From contig CAAGGZ010000098.1 in assembly GCA_900769545.1 (NCBI GenBank), positions 3,941 to 67,940 of the forward strand: a stretch of DNA of 64,000 bases, given 5' to 3'. The stretch's first letter is position 1. The number at the start of each line of letters is the position of its first letter. Under the pieces are notes generated by a model. It was not told the origin of the DNA, did not search any database, and saw nothing but the letters and a program-made list of their open reading frames with translations. Positions 1 to 9,032 of this stretch are shown here, in pieces. Origin of the DNA: Clostridia bacterium (GTDB taxonomy: Bacteria; Bacillota; Clostridia; Christensenellales; Borkfalkiaceae). Both the position numbers and the translations under genes were made by a program.

Positions 1-1
1 A

Positions 2-2389
2 AGCAGCGAAGAACCTGATAGCAGCGTTGAAGAACCTGATAGCAGCGTTGTAGGTTGTGAACATGAATGGACGGTTGATGAAGAAAACACCGTAGCAGCA
101 AGCTGTGAAGTTGATGGTTTGACTGTTGAAATTTGTGCCCTTTGCTCTGAAGTAAAGGAAACTGTTGTTCCTGCTTTCGGTCATAACCGTAGCACGGAAT
201 GGGAAGTTAGAGTTGAACCTACCTGCTCCGTAAAAGGTACGAAGCATCAGGTTTGCTTGAACGAAGGTTGTAACTTCTACTGGGGCGAAGATATCCCTAT
301 GGTAGATCATACGTGGGTTGAAACGGCTGAAGTAGCAGCTACGTGTACTGAAGCTGGTTGGTCCGCATACAAGCAGTGTTCTGTTTGTGAAGCTTACGAA
401 AACGGTTATAAGGGCGAAGAAATTGCAGCTCTTGGTCATGACCTTGCAGAAGCAGAAGCTGTTGAAGCTACCTGTACGGAAGATGGTAAGACCGCTTACG
501 AAAAGTGCAGCCGTTGTGATTATGAAGAAGGCGGCGAAGTTATCCCCGCTCTTGGTCATAAGGGTGGCGAAGCTGACTGTCTTGCACAAGCTATCTGTGA
601 AGTTTGTGGCGAAGCATACGGTGAAGCTCTTGGTCATAACGTAGTTCTTGTTGAAGAAGTACTTCCTACCTGTACGGAATGGGGTACCTCTGATCCTTAC
701 TATGCATGCTCCAGATGTGATTATGAAGCATACAAACCTGCTGGTTGGCATCGTGTTCAGCCCATCAACCATATCTTTGATGAAGAAGACGCTACCTGTA
801 CTGCTGGTGCTCGTTGCGAAATCTGTAAGATCGTTGTAACGACTGTAGCTCCTCATCACTACAATGTAATCCCTGCAAAAGCAGCTACTTGCGAAAACAA
901 GGGTTGGAACGAATACAGAGTATGTAAAGATTGTGGTGACGTTCAGGACTACGAAGAAATCGAAGCTCTTGGTCATAGCTGGGATGTAGAAAAGTATGGT
1001 AAGTTGCCTACCTGCACAGAAAAGGGTTCTGTATACTATGGTACCTGCTTGAACTGTGGTCTTGTAGTTAATGCAAATATCGAGATTGATAAACTTCCTC
1101 ACGTTGCTGTAAATGAAGCAACCTGTACGGAAGCTGCTAAGTGTGCATGTGGTGCTGTTGTTGAAACGGCTCTTGGTCACAAGTTTGTAAACGTTCCTGG
1201 CGAAGAAGCTTCTTGTGAAGCTATTGGTTGGAAAGCATACAAGTATTGCTACGTATGCAACCACATCGAAGGTTATGTTGAATTGCCCGCTCTTGGTCAT
1301 AAGGCAGTTAACAAAGTAGCAGCTAAGGCTCCTACTTGTACGGCGGCTGGTAATGACGAATTCTTCAGATGCGCTAATGCAAACTGTGAATATGCAGGTT
1401 ATGTATTGGTTAACACGGATGAATATACTGGCGACTATGAAATCATCGAAACTCTTGAAATCGGTGAAGTAAGCTACTATGTAGCAGCTAGCGCAGTGCT
1501 TCCCGCTCTTGGTCATGACCTTGACGTATTGGCTAATGACTATAAAGCTGGTCAGGATGCTACCTGTACGGAAGCTGGTTGGACTGCAAGCGGTACCTGC
1601 CTCACCTGCAACAAGTACATCAAAGAAACCAAGATCAATAAGTATGGTCATGACACGCTTTGCGAAGTTGAAGGTTCTACGCCTACGACCTGTACCGCTG
1701 GCGCATACTGTGCTAAGTGTGGTGAAGTTTACACCGAACCTCACGCTGGTAAGTTCTCTTCTGCTGGTCTTGTTGCTGCTGTAAGCGCAACCTGTCAGTC
1801 CGAAGGTAACTACAGATACAACTCTTGTACGCTTTGTGGTCAGATCTGGATCAACAAAGATGGTAAGGCTGATTGCGTAGCTGAATACACGACGATTATT
1901 GATGAACACGGTATTGAAGTTGAAGTAAGAGATTACACGACGGCTTATACGCTTGAAGATACGATTATCCCTGTAGTTGAACATCGTTACACCGAAATCG
2001 TTGCTGGTAAGCTTCCTACCTGTACGGAAGATGGTCACGAAGAATTCGTAGTATGCCACCTTTGCGGTAAAGTAGAAACGGCTATCATCCCTGTTCCTGC
2101 AACTGGTCACACCAGCAGCCTTGAAGGCACCTGCAGAGAATGGCTTGAATGTGAAACCTGTAGCGCAGTTTATGCTAACCCTAACGTAACGGATGATCAT
2201 CACTTCAATGTTGCTGGTCACGAAGGCGAATGCGTTATCTGCGGTATCTGTGCAGAACACACCTATTCGAGCTATACGTTGGTTTATGTAGACGATGATA
2301 ACTACGATGATTGGAAGAGCCCCGTTGGTACCTACATTAAGGTATGGACGTGCGATGTTTGTGGTCATCAGACGGCTGATCATCAGTAA
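2..2389 (+). CDS. His/Cys-rich modular repeat protein, 5' end outside window (probable surface protein)
   Basis: The frame is open from the window edge (SSEEPDSSVEEPDSS linker). About 18 tandem modules follow, of the form (L)GH-x8-14-TCTExG-x5-8-CxxC. TAA at 2387-2389 is followed by a hairpin plus T-run. Confidence 0.8.
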   Translation, partial: SSEEPDSSVEEPDSSVVGCEHEWTVDEENTVAASCEVDGLTVEICALCSEVKETVVPAFGHNRSTEWEVRVEPTCSVKGTKHQVCLNEGCNFYWGEDIPMVDHTWVETAEVAATCTEAGWSAYKQCSVCEAYENGYKGEEIAALGHDLAEAEAVEATCTEDGKTAYEKCSRCDYEEGGEVIPALGHKGGEADCLAQAICEVCGEAYGEALGHNVVLVEEVLPTCTEWGTSDPYYACSRCDYEAYKPAGWHRVQPINHIFDEEDATCTAGARCEICKIVVTTVAPHHYNVIPAKAATCENKGWNEYRVCKDCGDVQDYEEIEALGHSWDVEKYGKLPTCTEKGSVYYGTCLNCGLVVNANIEIDKLPHVAVNEATCTEAAKCACGAVVETALGHKFVNVPGEEASCEAIGWKAYKYCYVCNHIEGYVELPALGHKAVNKVAAKAPTCTAAGNDEFFRCANANCEYAGYVLVNTDEYTGDYEIIETLEIGEVSYYVAASAVLPALGHDLDVLANDYKAGQDATCTEAGWTASGTCLTCNKYIKETKINKYGHDTLCEVEGSTPTTCTAGAYCAKCGEVYTEPHAGKFSSAGLVAAVSATCQSEGNYRYNSCTLCGQIWINKDGKADCVAEYTTIIDEHGIEVEVRDYTTAYTLEDTIIPVVEHRYTEIVAGKLPTCTEDGHEEFVVCHLCGKVETAIIPVPATGHTSSLEGTCREWLECETCSAVYANPNVTDDHHFNVAGHEGECVICGICAEHTYSSYTLVYVDDDNYDDWKSPVGTYIKVWTCDVCGHQTADHQ

Positions 2390-2422
2390 ACCTTAAGCTG
2401 AAAAGCTAAAACCTAAAAAATT

Positions 2423-2452
2423 GAACGCGGTGGAAACACCGCGTTCTTTTTT
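2423..2452 (+). terminator. Intrinsic terminator
   Basis: GAACGCGGTG-GAAA-CACCGCGTTC followed by TTTTTT. Confidence 0.8.
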
Positions 2453-2488
2453 ATATCTTCACTGTTTTACATTATATAATGGATTCTT

Positions 2489-2523
2489 CCATAATTTTGC
2501 GCTTGCATTTAGCATTTTGCATT
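2489..2523 (-). repeat. Heptamer array, inverted orientation
   Basis: The reverse complement reads AATGCAAAATGCTAAATGCAAGCGCAAAATTATGG. This matches the (TGCRWAR)n plus TTATGG flank seen at 42658-42695. Confidence 0.7.
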
Positions 2524-2560
2524 ACCGCAATCGAATATTTCGATTGCGGTATATCTTTTC
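2524..2560 (+). terminator. Second hairpin after the Cys-rich gene
   Basis: 12-bp stem ACCGCAATCGAA / TTCGATTGCGGT followed by a T-rich tail. It abuts the inverted heptamer array. Confidence 0.5.
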
Positions 2561-2613
2561 TCTAAAAACTTTGATAATTTCACAAAAACTTATAAAAAGT
2601 GGCGGTGTAGCGG

Positions 2614-2642
2614 TTGCTTTATTTTTCAAAAAAGGGTAAAAT
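2614..2642 (+). promoter_or_regulatory. Sigma-70-type promoter candidate
   Basis: TTGCTT, 17 nt, TAAAAT. Confidence 0.4.
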
Positions 2643-2676
2643 AGTAAAGTAAAAAAATCAATTACGGAGCACACTG

Positions 2677-3876
2677 ATGAAAAACAGAATCGCATCGAGA
2701 ATGTCTACCCTTTCCCCGTCCTTGACGCTCGCTATTTCCGCAAAGGCAAAAGCGATGAAACAGGCAGGGGAGAGCGTTGTTTCCTTCAGCGTTGGCGAGC
2801 CTGACTTTAACACGCCTGCGCATATCATTGAAGCAGCGAAAGCAGCGCTGGACAACGGTCATACCAAATACACGCCGTCCTCGGGTTTGTTGCCCTTGCG
2901 TAAGGCGATTTGCGAAAAATTCAAAAAAGACAACGGCTTGGAATACGAGCCTTCCCAAATCATCGTCTCTAACGGCTCAAAACACTCCATTTTCAACGCT
3001 TGCTTTGCGGTATTGGACGAAGGCGACGAGGTTATTATCCCCGAGCCCTACTGGCTCACTTACCCCGAAGTGGTAAAGGTTTGCGGCGGCGTGCCTGTAT
3101 ATCTCACCTGCAAAAAGGAAAATAGATATAAGTTCTCCGCAGAGGAGCTCAAGGCGGCAATCACGCCCAAGACGAAAATGCTTATTTTCAACTCGCCGTC
3201 CAATCCCACGGGCGCGGTGTATAATGAAACGGAAGTCCGCGCGATTGCAAAGGTTTGCGAAGAAGCCGGCATTTTCGTGCTCGCAGACGAGATTTACGAA
3301 AAGCTCTGCTACAACGGCGTAAAACCTTTCTCTATCGCAAAATGCAGCGACGCGATGAAGGATTTGACTATCACCGTCAACGGCGTTTCTAAAACCTACG
3401 CCATGACCGGTTGGCGTGTGGGCTATCTTGCGGCTCCGAAAGACGTAGCGAAAGCAATCGACTCTTTCCAGAGCCACGCAACGTCCAACGCTTGTTCCAT
3501 TTCCCAGCACGCAACGATTGAAGCGTTGAACGCTCCCGAAGCGGAAATTCAGGAAATGGTGAGCGTATTCGACAAGCGCAGAGCGAAGCTCCTCGACTTA
3601 ATTGCGGAAATTGACGGTGTACGCGCAATCGAGCCCGACGGCGCATTCTACGTTATGTTGGTGGTTGACGGTTTGTACGGCAAGAGCTATCAAGGCAAAA
3701 CGATTACAAACTCTATCGAGTTTGCCGACGCGCTTTTGGACGGGGAAAAGGTAGCAACCGTTCCGGGTGTATCCTTCGGCGCAGACGATTGCTTGAGGCT
3801 TTCCTACTCGCTTAGCGAAGCGGACATTGAGGAAGGTTTAAAACGTATCAAAAAGTTTGTGAGTGAATTGAATTAA
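2677..3876 (+). CDS. PLP-dependent class I aminotransferase (aspartate aminotransferase-like)
   Basis: 399 aa. Contains GEPDFNTP and SKTYAMTGWRVGY (PLP-lysine motif). SD-like acggag lies upstream. Confidence 0.85.
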   Translation: MKNRIASRMSTLSPSLTLAISAKAKAMKQAGESVVSFSVGEPDFNTPAHIIEAAKAALDNGHTKYTPSSGLLPLRKAICEKFKKDNGLEYEPSQIIVSNGSKHSIFNACFAVLDEGDEVIIPEPYWLTYPEVVKVCGGVPVYLTCKKENRYKFSAEELKAAITPKTKMLIFNSPSNPTGAVYNETEVRAIAKVCEEAGIFVLADEIYEKLCYNGVKPFSIAKCSDAMKDLTITVNGVSKTYAMTGWRVGYLAAPKDVAKAIDSFQSHATSNACSISQHATIEALNAPEAEIQEMVSVFDKRRAKLLDLIAEIDGVRAIEPDGAFYVMLVVDGLYGKSYQGKTITNSIEFADALLDGEKVATVPGVSFGADDCLRLSYSLSEADIEEGLKRIKKFVSELN

Positions 3877-3883
3877 TATATGT

Positions 3884-3925
3884 ATTGCAGGGATTATTAT
3901 ATTCCTGCAATAACTTTATCTTTTT
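3884..3925 (+). terminator. Intrinsic terminator candidate
   Basis: ATTGCAGG ... CCTGCAAT followed by a T-rich tail. Confidence 0.5.
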
Positions 3926-3936
3926 AAGATTAAGTC

Positions 3937-3965
3937 TTGACAAGGGATAAAAAGTATGTTATAAT
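3937..3965 (+). promoter_or_regulatory. Sigma-70-type promoter (extended -10)
   Basis: TTGACA, 17 nt, TATAAT preceded by TGT. Confidence 0.65.
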
Positions 3966-3987
3966 AAATTTGTAGGAGGTGATATAT

Positions 3988-4785
3988 ATGAAAAAAACTA
4001 CAATACAAATGTTGACCACTTGCTTGTTGTGCGGTATGATATTCTCGACTATGAGCTGCGCAGGTATTGACGAGTCTGTATCGAAGGATTCATCTTCAAG
4101 TTTTGAAAGCAGTATATCCGAAAATGAAACTCAATCTTATTTACAATCGGAGGATACGGGAGATTCTTCTAGCATTGAAGAAACAGTTTCTTTTGAGGAA
4201 AGCAGTTTGGAAGAAAGCTCCTCAGAGAATAGTAGTAGTATAGAGGAAAGCAGTTCGGAAGAAAGCTCCTCAGAGAATAGTAGTATAGAGGAAAGCAGTT
4301 CGGAAGAAAGTTCTTCAGAGGATAGCAGTGAGGAAAAAGAACCTATTAGACATTATCCATATCAAATTGGTGATACTGTGGAAGATTTCTCATTGATGTT
4401 ATCGGACGGCAGTATGTTTACATTGTCTGAGGCATTGCAAGACAACAAACTTGTGATTGTTAAATTTTGGGCGACGTGGTGTCAGCCTTGTGTGATGGAA
4501 TGGGGTGCTATGACAGAGGCATTTTACGATTATCAAGATGATGTATTGATACTTTGTATTAGTTTAACCGATTCTGATCAAGAAATTGAGGAGTACAAGA
4601 AGGACAATAATCTTCCTTTTGCTATGGCGAGCGATTCTCTTAAATTAAGCGACGAGTTTGGTGTTGCTGCGATTCCGCATAAATTTGTCATTGACCGTAA
4701 CGGTATTTTGGTTGAGAGTAAGGTGGGTTCGGTGACGGATGCAGCGGAATATGTAAAGTTATTTGAGCGGTATTGCGCAGATTGA
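3988..4785 (+). CDS. Lipoprotein with Ser/Glu-rich linker and TlpA/ResA-like thioredoxin domain
   Basis: The ATG lies 8 nt after aggagg. The signal peptide ends in a Cys (MSCAG), followed by an SSEE-rich linker. C-terminal WATWCQPC is a CxxC thioredoxin-fold motif. Confidence 0.75.
   Translation: MKKTTIQMLTTCLLCGMIFSTMSCAGIDESVSKDSSSSFESSISENETQSYLQSEDTGDSSSIEETVSFEESSLEESSSENSSSIEESSSEESSSENSSIEESSSEESSSEDSSEEKEPIRHYPYQIGDTVEDFSLMLSDGSMFTLSEALQDNKLVIVKFWATWCQPCVMEWGAMTEAFYDYQDDVLILCISLTDSDQEIEEYKKDNNLPFAMASDSLKLSDEFGVAAIPHKFVIDRNGILVESKVGSVTDAAEYVKLFERYCAD
4195..4332 (+). repeat. In-frame tandem repeat (48+45+45 bp) encoding the Ser/Glu linker
   Basis: GAGGAAAGCAGTTYGGAAGAAAGCTCCTCAGAGAATAGTAGT(AGT)ATA appears three times. 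Confidence 0.85.
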
Positions 4786-4807
4786 AAAATAAATGAATTT
4801 TAATAGG

Positions 4808-4845
4808 AAGCAGACAAGGAGAGCCTTGTCTGCTTCATTTATCAT
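4808..4845 (+). terminator. Intrinsic terminator candidate
   Basis: GAAGCAGACAAGG ... CCTTGTCTGCTTC followed by ATTT. Confidence 0.6.
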
Positions 4846-5101
4846 ATTGGAAAATTGGCGATAGTTTTTTATGCGTCGAAAAAAGGCTTTTAAACGCTTA
4901 TTTTCGCGTAAATATATGCCCACCGCCCCATAAGTCGTTAAAAAGGGGATTTGTGCGTTTTAGGGCATATGCGGGCATCCGCAAAAAAGCCCAAAAGAGC
5001 TTTTATCGGGGGCAATGGAAGCAAAAAATAGGGGGAGAGGAGCTCCCATTAAAAAAATAAAAAAAAATTACTAAAAAAGCGGAAAAATTTTCAAAAAAGT
5101 C

Positions 5102-5130
5102 TTGAAATTGTGCGCGAAATCTGTTAAACT
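5102..5130 (+). promoter_or_regulatory. Sigma-70-type promoter candidate
   Basis: TTGAAA, 17 nt, TAAACT preceded by TGT. Confidence 0.5.
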
Positions 5131-5197
5131 ATAGTAAACCGAGAAAGAGAACTTTTCAGCTCGGAAAAGTACGACAAAAATCTGGGAGGATTTTATT

Positions 5198-5605
5198 ATG
5201 ATTAAAGTAATTTACGGCGCAAAAGGTACTGGTAAGACCAAGATGATGATTGATGCGGCAAACGGCGCGGTCAACGAAGCAAAAGGTCACATGATTTTCA
5301 TCACCGATACCAAGCGTTATATGTATGATTTAGAACGTGAGATTCGTTTTATCGACGTTAGCGAATATGACGTAGCAGGTGAAGCGGCTCTTTGTGGATT
5401 TATTAAAGGCGTTATCGCAGGTAACCACGATAATGAATATGTTTACATCGACGGTATCGTTCGTATTGCAGGTAAGCCTATTGCAGAAATGGCAGCGTTC
5501 TTCTATATGCTCGAAAAAGTAGCGAAGAACGACAACCTCGTTGTTACGGTTTCCGTTTCGGCTGCGAAAGAAGAACTTCCCGATTTCGTAACCAAATATC
5601 TGTAA
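5198..5605 (+). CDS. Small stand-alone P-loop NTPase, function unknown
   Basis: 135 aa. Walker A GAKGTGKT; hydrophobic strand plus Asp (MIFITD) as a possible Walker B. It has its own promoter and terminator. Confidence 0.6.
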   Translation: MIKVIYGAKGTGKTKMMIDAANGAVNEAKGHMIFITDTKRYMYDLEREIRFIDVSEYDVAGEAALCGFIKGVIAGNHDNEYVYIDGIVRIAGKPIAEMAAFFYMLEKVAKNDNLVVTVSVSAAKEELPDFVTKYL

Positions 5606-5630
5606 TTTACGACATTGAATGTGGGAGGAT

Positions 5631-5660
5631 AGCCGAGCGGTCTTTCCGTTCGGCTTTTCT
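5631..5660 (+). terminator. Intrinsic terminator
   Basis: AGCCGAGCG ... CGTTCGGCT followed by TTT. Confidence 0.6.
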
Positions 5661-5819
5661 AATAAACGGAGCTTATAAACGCTCCTGTAAATGGCTATAA
5701 ATAAGTGAGAGAAGCATAAAGGGGAGAATAGCGGAAAAGGATGAGTCGCGCGAAGTATGGCGCGTGTGACCGCTCCCGAAAGGTATCGGGAAAAACGAAT
5801 CCAAAGAGGTAGGTAGATT

Positions 5820-7352
5820 ATGTATTTTATCAGCACGAGAGGCGGGGAAAGAGTAACTGGCGCGCAAGCGATTGTGCAAGGGCTCGCAAAGAACGGCGGT
5901 TTGTACGTACCCGAAACGTTCCCGTCCGTGACAAAAGAAGAATTGGAGCAGATGCTGGAGATGAACTATGCAGAGCGCGCTGCGTTCGTGCTTGGGAAAT
6001 ATCTGGCGGAGGAGCTGGGCGCAGACTATTTAAAAGAGTCCTGCGAAAAGGCGTATTCCTCGTTCGAGGGGAAAGACCCTGTTCCGCTTGTTAAAATTGA
6101 CGGCGAAATGTACGTTTTGGAATTGTTCCACGGCCCCACTTGTGCTTTTAAAGATATGGCGTTGACGGTATTGCCGTATTTGATGAAAAAGAGCTGTGAA
6201 GTGACGGGTATCAAGGACGATATTCTTATCCTTGCGGCGACGAGCGGCGACACAGGCAAAGCGGCATTGGAAGGTTTCCGTGACGTTCCCGGGACGAAGG
6301 TAGCGGTGTTCTATCCCGACGAAGGCGTTGCGAAGATGCAGCGTTTGCAAATGTGCGTACAGGACGGCGATAACGTGTTCGTTTCTGCGGTGAAGGGCAA
6401 TTTCGACGATTGTCAGCGCGCCGTAAAGAAGCTGTTCGCTTCCGAAGAATTTAACGCAACGCTTGCGAAAAAACACATTCGTTTGTCGAGCGCGAACTCT
6501 ATCAACTTCGGGCGTCTTGCTCCGCAAATTGCCTACTATTTCTCTGCGTATTTGGATTTGCTTAGCGCAGAGCAGATTGAAATGGGCGACGAAATCGATT
6601 TCGTTGTTCCGACGGGGAACTTTGGGGATATTTTGGCAGGCTGGTATGCAAAGCAAATGGGCTTGCCTGTGAGAAAGCTGGTTTGCGCGTCTAACCGCAA
6701 TAAGGTTTTGGCGGACTTTTTCGCAAACGGCGTTTACAACGTAAGAAGAAATTTCTTCCGTACTATGTCGCCCTCAATGGATATTCTCATTTCGTCTAAT
6801 TTGGAGCGTTTGCTCTTTGAAATCAGCGGCAGAGACGCGGAGCTTACCGCAAAGCGTATGAAGCAGCTTGCAGAAGAAAAGGAATATTCGATTACATCGG
6901 CGGAAAAGGCGAAGCTCGATAAGGAATTTTATGGCGGCTTTGCGAGCGAGGACGATACGGTAGAAGCCATGTACGATATTTTCGAGGAATACGGTTATGC
7001 TATGGACACGCACACGGGGGTTGCTCTCGCTGTGTATGCGCAGTATAAGGAATTTCTTGAAAAAGACGATAAGAGGGATACGACGCCTATCGTTGTGCTT
7101 TCGACGGCGAATCCTTACAAGTTCCCTCAGGACGTATTGTATGCGTTGTCGGGGAACGACGTAAAGGACAGCTTTAAGGGGATTAAGCGCTTGAATTTGT
7201 TGACGGCAATGAAACCGCCTAAGAGCTTGTTGGATTTGCGTTATCGTCCGCTCCGTTTCAAGACGGTGGTGGCGAATGACCTTGCGAAAATGTCGGAAGA
7301 AATTTTGCGTTTCGCGGACGGAGAAATTATTCCCGTTCCCGATCAAAAGTAA
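5820..7352 (+). CDS. thrC: Threonine synthase
   Basis: 510 aa. FHGPTCAFKDMAL is the PLP-lysine motif typical of long-form ThrC. Confidence 0.9.
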   Translation: MYFISTRGGERVTGAQAIVQGLAKNGGLYVPETFPSVTKEELEQMLEMNYAERAAFVLGKYLAEELGADYLKESCEKAYSSFEGKDPVPLVKIDGEMYVLELFHGPTCAFKDMALTVLPYLMKKSCEVTGIKDDILILAATSGDTGKAALEGFRDVPGTKVAVFYPDEGVAKMQRLQMCVQDGDNVFVSAVKGNFDDCQRAVKKLFASEEFNATLAKKHIRLSSANSINFGRLAPQIAYYFSAYLDLLSAEQIEMGDEIDFVVPTGNFGDILAGWYAKQMGLPVRKLVCASNRNKVLADFFANGVYNVRRNFFRTMSPSMDILISSNLERLLFEISGRDAELTAKRMKQLAEEKEYSITSAEKAKLDKEFYGGFASEDDTVEAMYDIFEEYGYAMDTHTGVALAVYAQYKEFLEKDDKRDTTPIVVLSTANPYKFPQDVLYALSGNDVKDSFKGIKRLNLLTAMKPPKSLLDLRYRPLRFKTVVANDLAKMSEEILRFADGEIIPVPDQK

Positions 7353-7487
7353 AAATAAGACGCGGACGCGTTCTTGTGTATTTGGTGATAAATTCCGTCA
7401 TTTTATGTGAAGAGCATTAAGGGGCGGAATTTTGTATTTGCCTTTTATAAAGCGGTGTGCTATAATGGGCATAAGGAAAGGTGGACT

Positions 7488-8378
7488 ATGTTTGGATACG
7501 TTCGTGCGGATACGCCGTATTTATTTATCAAAGACGAAACGCTGTATCGCGCCATGTATTGCGGCGTATGCAAGGGTATCGCCGAGGTTTGCGGCCACAG
7601 TGCGAGAATGGGGCTTTCTTACGACGTTACTTTCCTTTCCGTCATTCTGCACAACATTGCAGGAATCGACGTAAAAATCGAGAAATCACACTGTTTAACC
7701 CATTGTGTCCGCTCCCGTCAAATGGCGAACGTGGACGAGCTGACAAGACAGCTCGGCGCATTGAATACGCTACTCGTATATTATAAGTACACCGACGATA
7801 TTCAGGACGGAGACAAGGGACGAGGCAAACGCTTATGGTTTAAAAAGGGCTTTCAGCGAGCGGCCCGTAAATACCCCGAAATCGCGCGAATTGTGCGAGA
7901 TAATCTCTCCGCTCAGGAGAGGGCGGAAAAGGCGAAAATAGACAGCGTAGACCGCGCTGCGGACGCCACGGCGACAATGCTTGCGGAGTTTTCCGATTAC
8001 GCTTTAAAGGATAAGGCGAATAGTTATACGAGAAACCTGTTTTATGCGGTTGGGAAATGGATATATCTCATCGACGCGTTAGACGATTACGATAAGGATA
8101 AGAAAAAGGGCGCGTATAATCCGTTTTTGCTTGCATATAAAGCGGAGAGCAGGGAAGCCCTGCTCAAGGGCGATAAGGGCGAGGAAGTGCAATACGTATT
8201 CCACGCGTTATTCTTTGATATTCGGGAGAATTTATCGCATATTAAGTTCCCGTTCAATCGGGATTTATCGGACAATATTTTATTGCGCGGATTGCCTGTA
8301 ATGACGAAAAAAATTATGAACGGTTGCAACTGCAAAGGAAAAAAGGATAAAACCGTTTCAGTGGAAGATAATAAATAG
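7488..8378 (+). CDS. Conserved hypothetical protein (DUF5685-like)
   Basis: Start chosen at MFGYVRAD after aaggaaaggtgg. Contains a YCGVCK motif. The family assignment is from memory of N-terminal similarity only. Confidence 0.5.
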   Translation: MFGYVRADTPYLFIKDETLYRAMYCGVCKGIAEVCGHSARMGLSYDVTFLSVILHNIAGIDVKIEKSHCLTHCVRSRQMANVDELTRQLGALNTLLVYYKYTDDIQDGDKGRGKRLWFKKGFQRAARKYPEIARIVRDNLSAQERAEKAKIDSVDRAADATATMLAEFSDYALKDKANSYTRNLFYAVGKWIYLIDALDDYDKDKKKGAYNPFLLAYKAESREALLKGDKGEEVQYVFHALFFDIRENLSHIKFPFNRDLSDNILLRGLPVMTKKIMNGCNCKGKKDKTVSVEDNK

Positions 8379-8399
8379 AAAGAGTTTATTGGAGTAGAA

Positions 8400-9026
8400 A
8401 TGAAAGAATATTACGAAGTTTTCGGTTTGCCCGAAACCGCTACGGATGAAGAAATTGCCGTAAGATATAAGGAATTAAAAGAAAAATACGGCGAAGAGAG
8501 ATGGTTGGACGGGGAAGCCGGTAACGAAGCTGCGAAGAATTTAACGAAGCTGGAGACGGCGTACCGTGAAATTATGGCGACGAGAAAAGAACAAAAGACA
8601 AATACCGAAGGGCAAAACGCTTATGAGGAAATTTCGCAGCTCTTAAAAGAGGATAAAATCGCCGAAGCGCAGGCAAAGCTCGACGATTTTAACGAAAGAA
8701 GCGCGGAGTGGCATTATTTGCAAGCTGTAGTTTTTTATAAGAAAAATTGGACGAACGACAGCAAAAAACAGCTTGAAATCGCGATGCAGATGGATCCCGA
8801 TAACGTGAAATACCGTAACGCTTACGGAAAAATGAACGCAAAGAATGATTATCAGCAACAGCAGGCGCACGAACAGCGGCAACAGCAAAATCCTTATACA
8901 AGGGACGGAATGCCTATGGATGACGACCCTATGATGGGCGGAAACGCTTGTTCGAACTGCATTTCTTGTTGTTATACCTACCTTTGCGTGGACTGTTTGT
9001 TCAGTCTTTGCTGCGGTTGTCGTTAA
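8400..9026 (+). CDS. J-domain-like protein lacking HPD, with Cys-rich C-terminal tail
   Basis: The N-terminus YYEVFGL..EEI..YKELKEKYGEE resembles a DnaJ J-domain, but GEE replaces HPD. A Q-rich segment follows. The tail CSNCISCCYTYLCVDCLFSLCCGC is Cys-rich. Confidence 0.6.
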   Translation: MKEYYEVFGLPETATDEEIAVRYKELKEKYGEERWLDGEAGNEAAKNLTKLETAYREIMATRKEQKTNTEGQNAYEEISQLLKEDKIAEAQAKLDDFNERSAEWHYLQAVVFYKKNWTNDSKKQLEIAMQMDPDNVKYRNAYGKMNAKNDYQQQQAHEQRQQQNPYTRDGMPMDDDPMMGGNACSNCISCCYTYLCVDCLFSLCCGCR

Positions 9027-9032
9027 GCGAAA

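Noticed and set aside
387-1784. Short + strand ORFs (387-644, 648-839, 1509-1784) nested out of frame in the Cys-rich gene
   Set aside because: They lie in alternative frames of a clearly periodic, codon-biased gene. Their composition is Lys/Leu/Val-rich and typical of off-frame translation.
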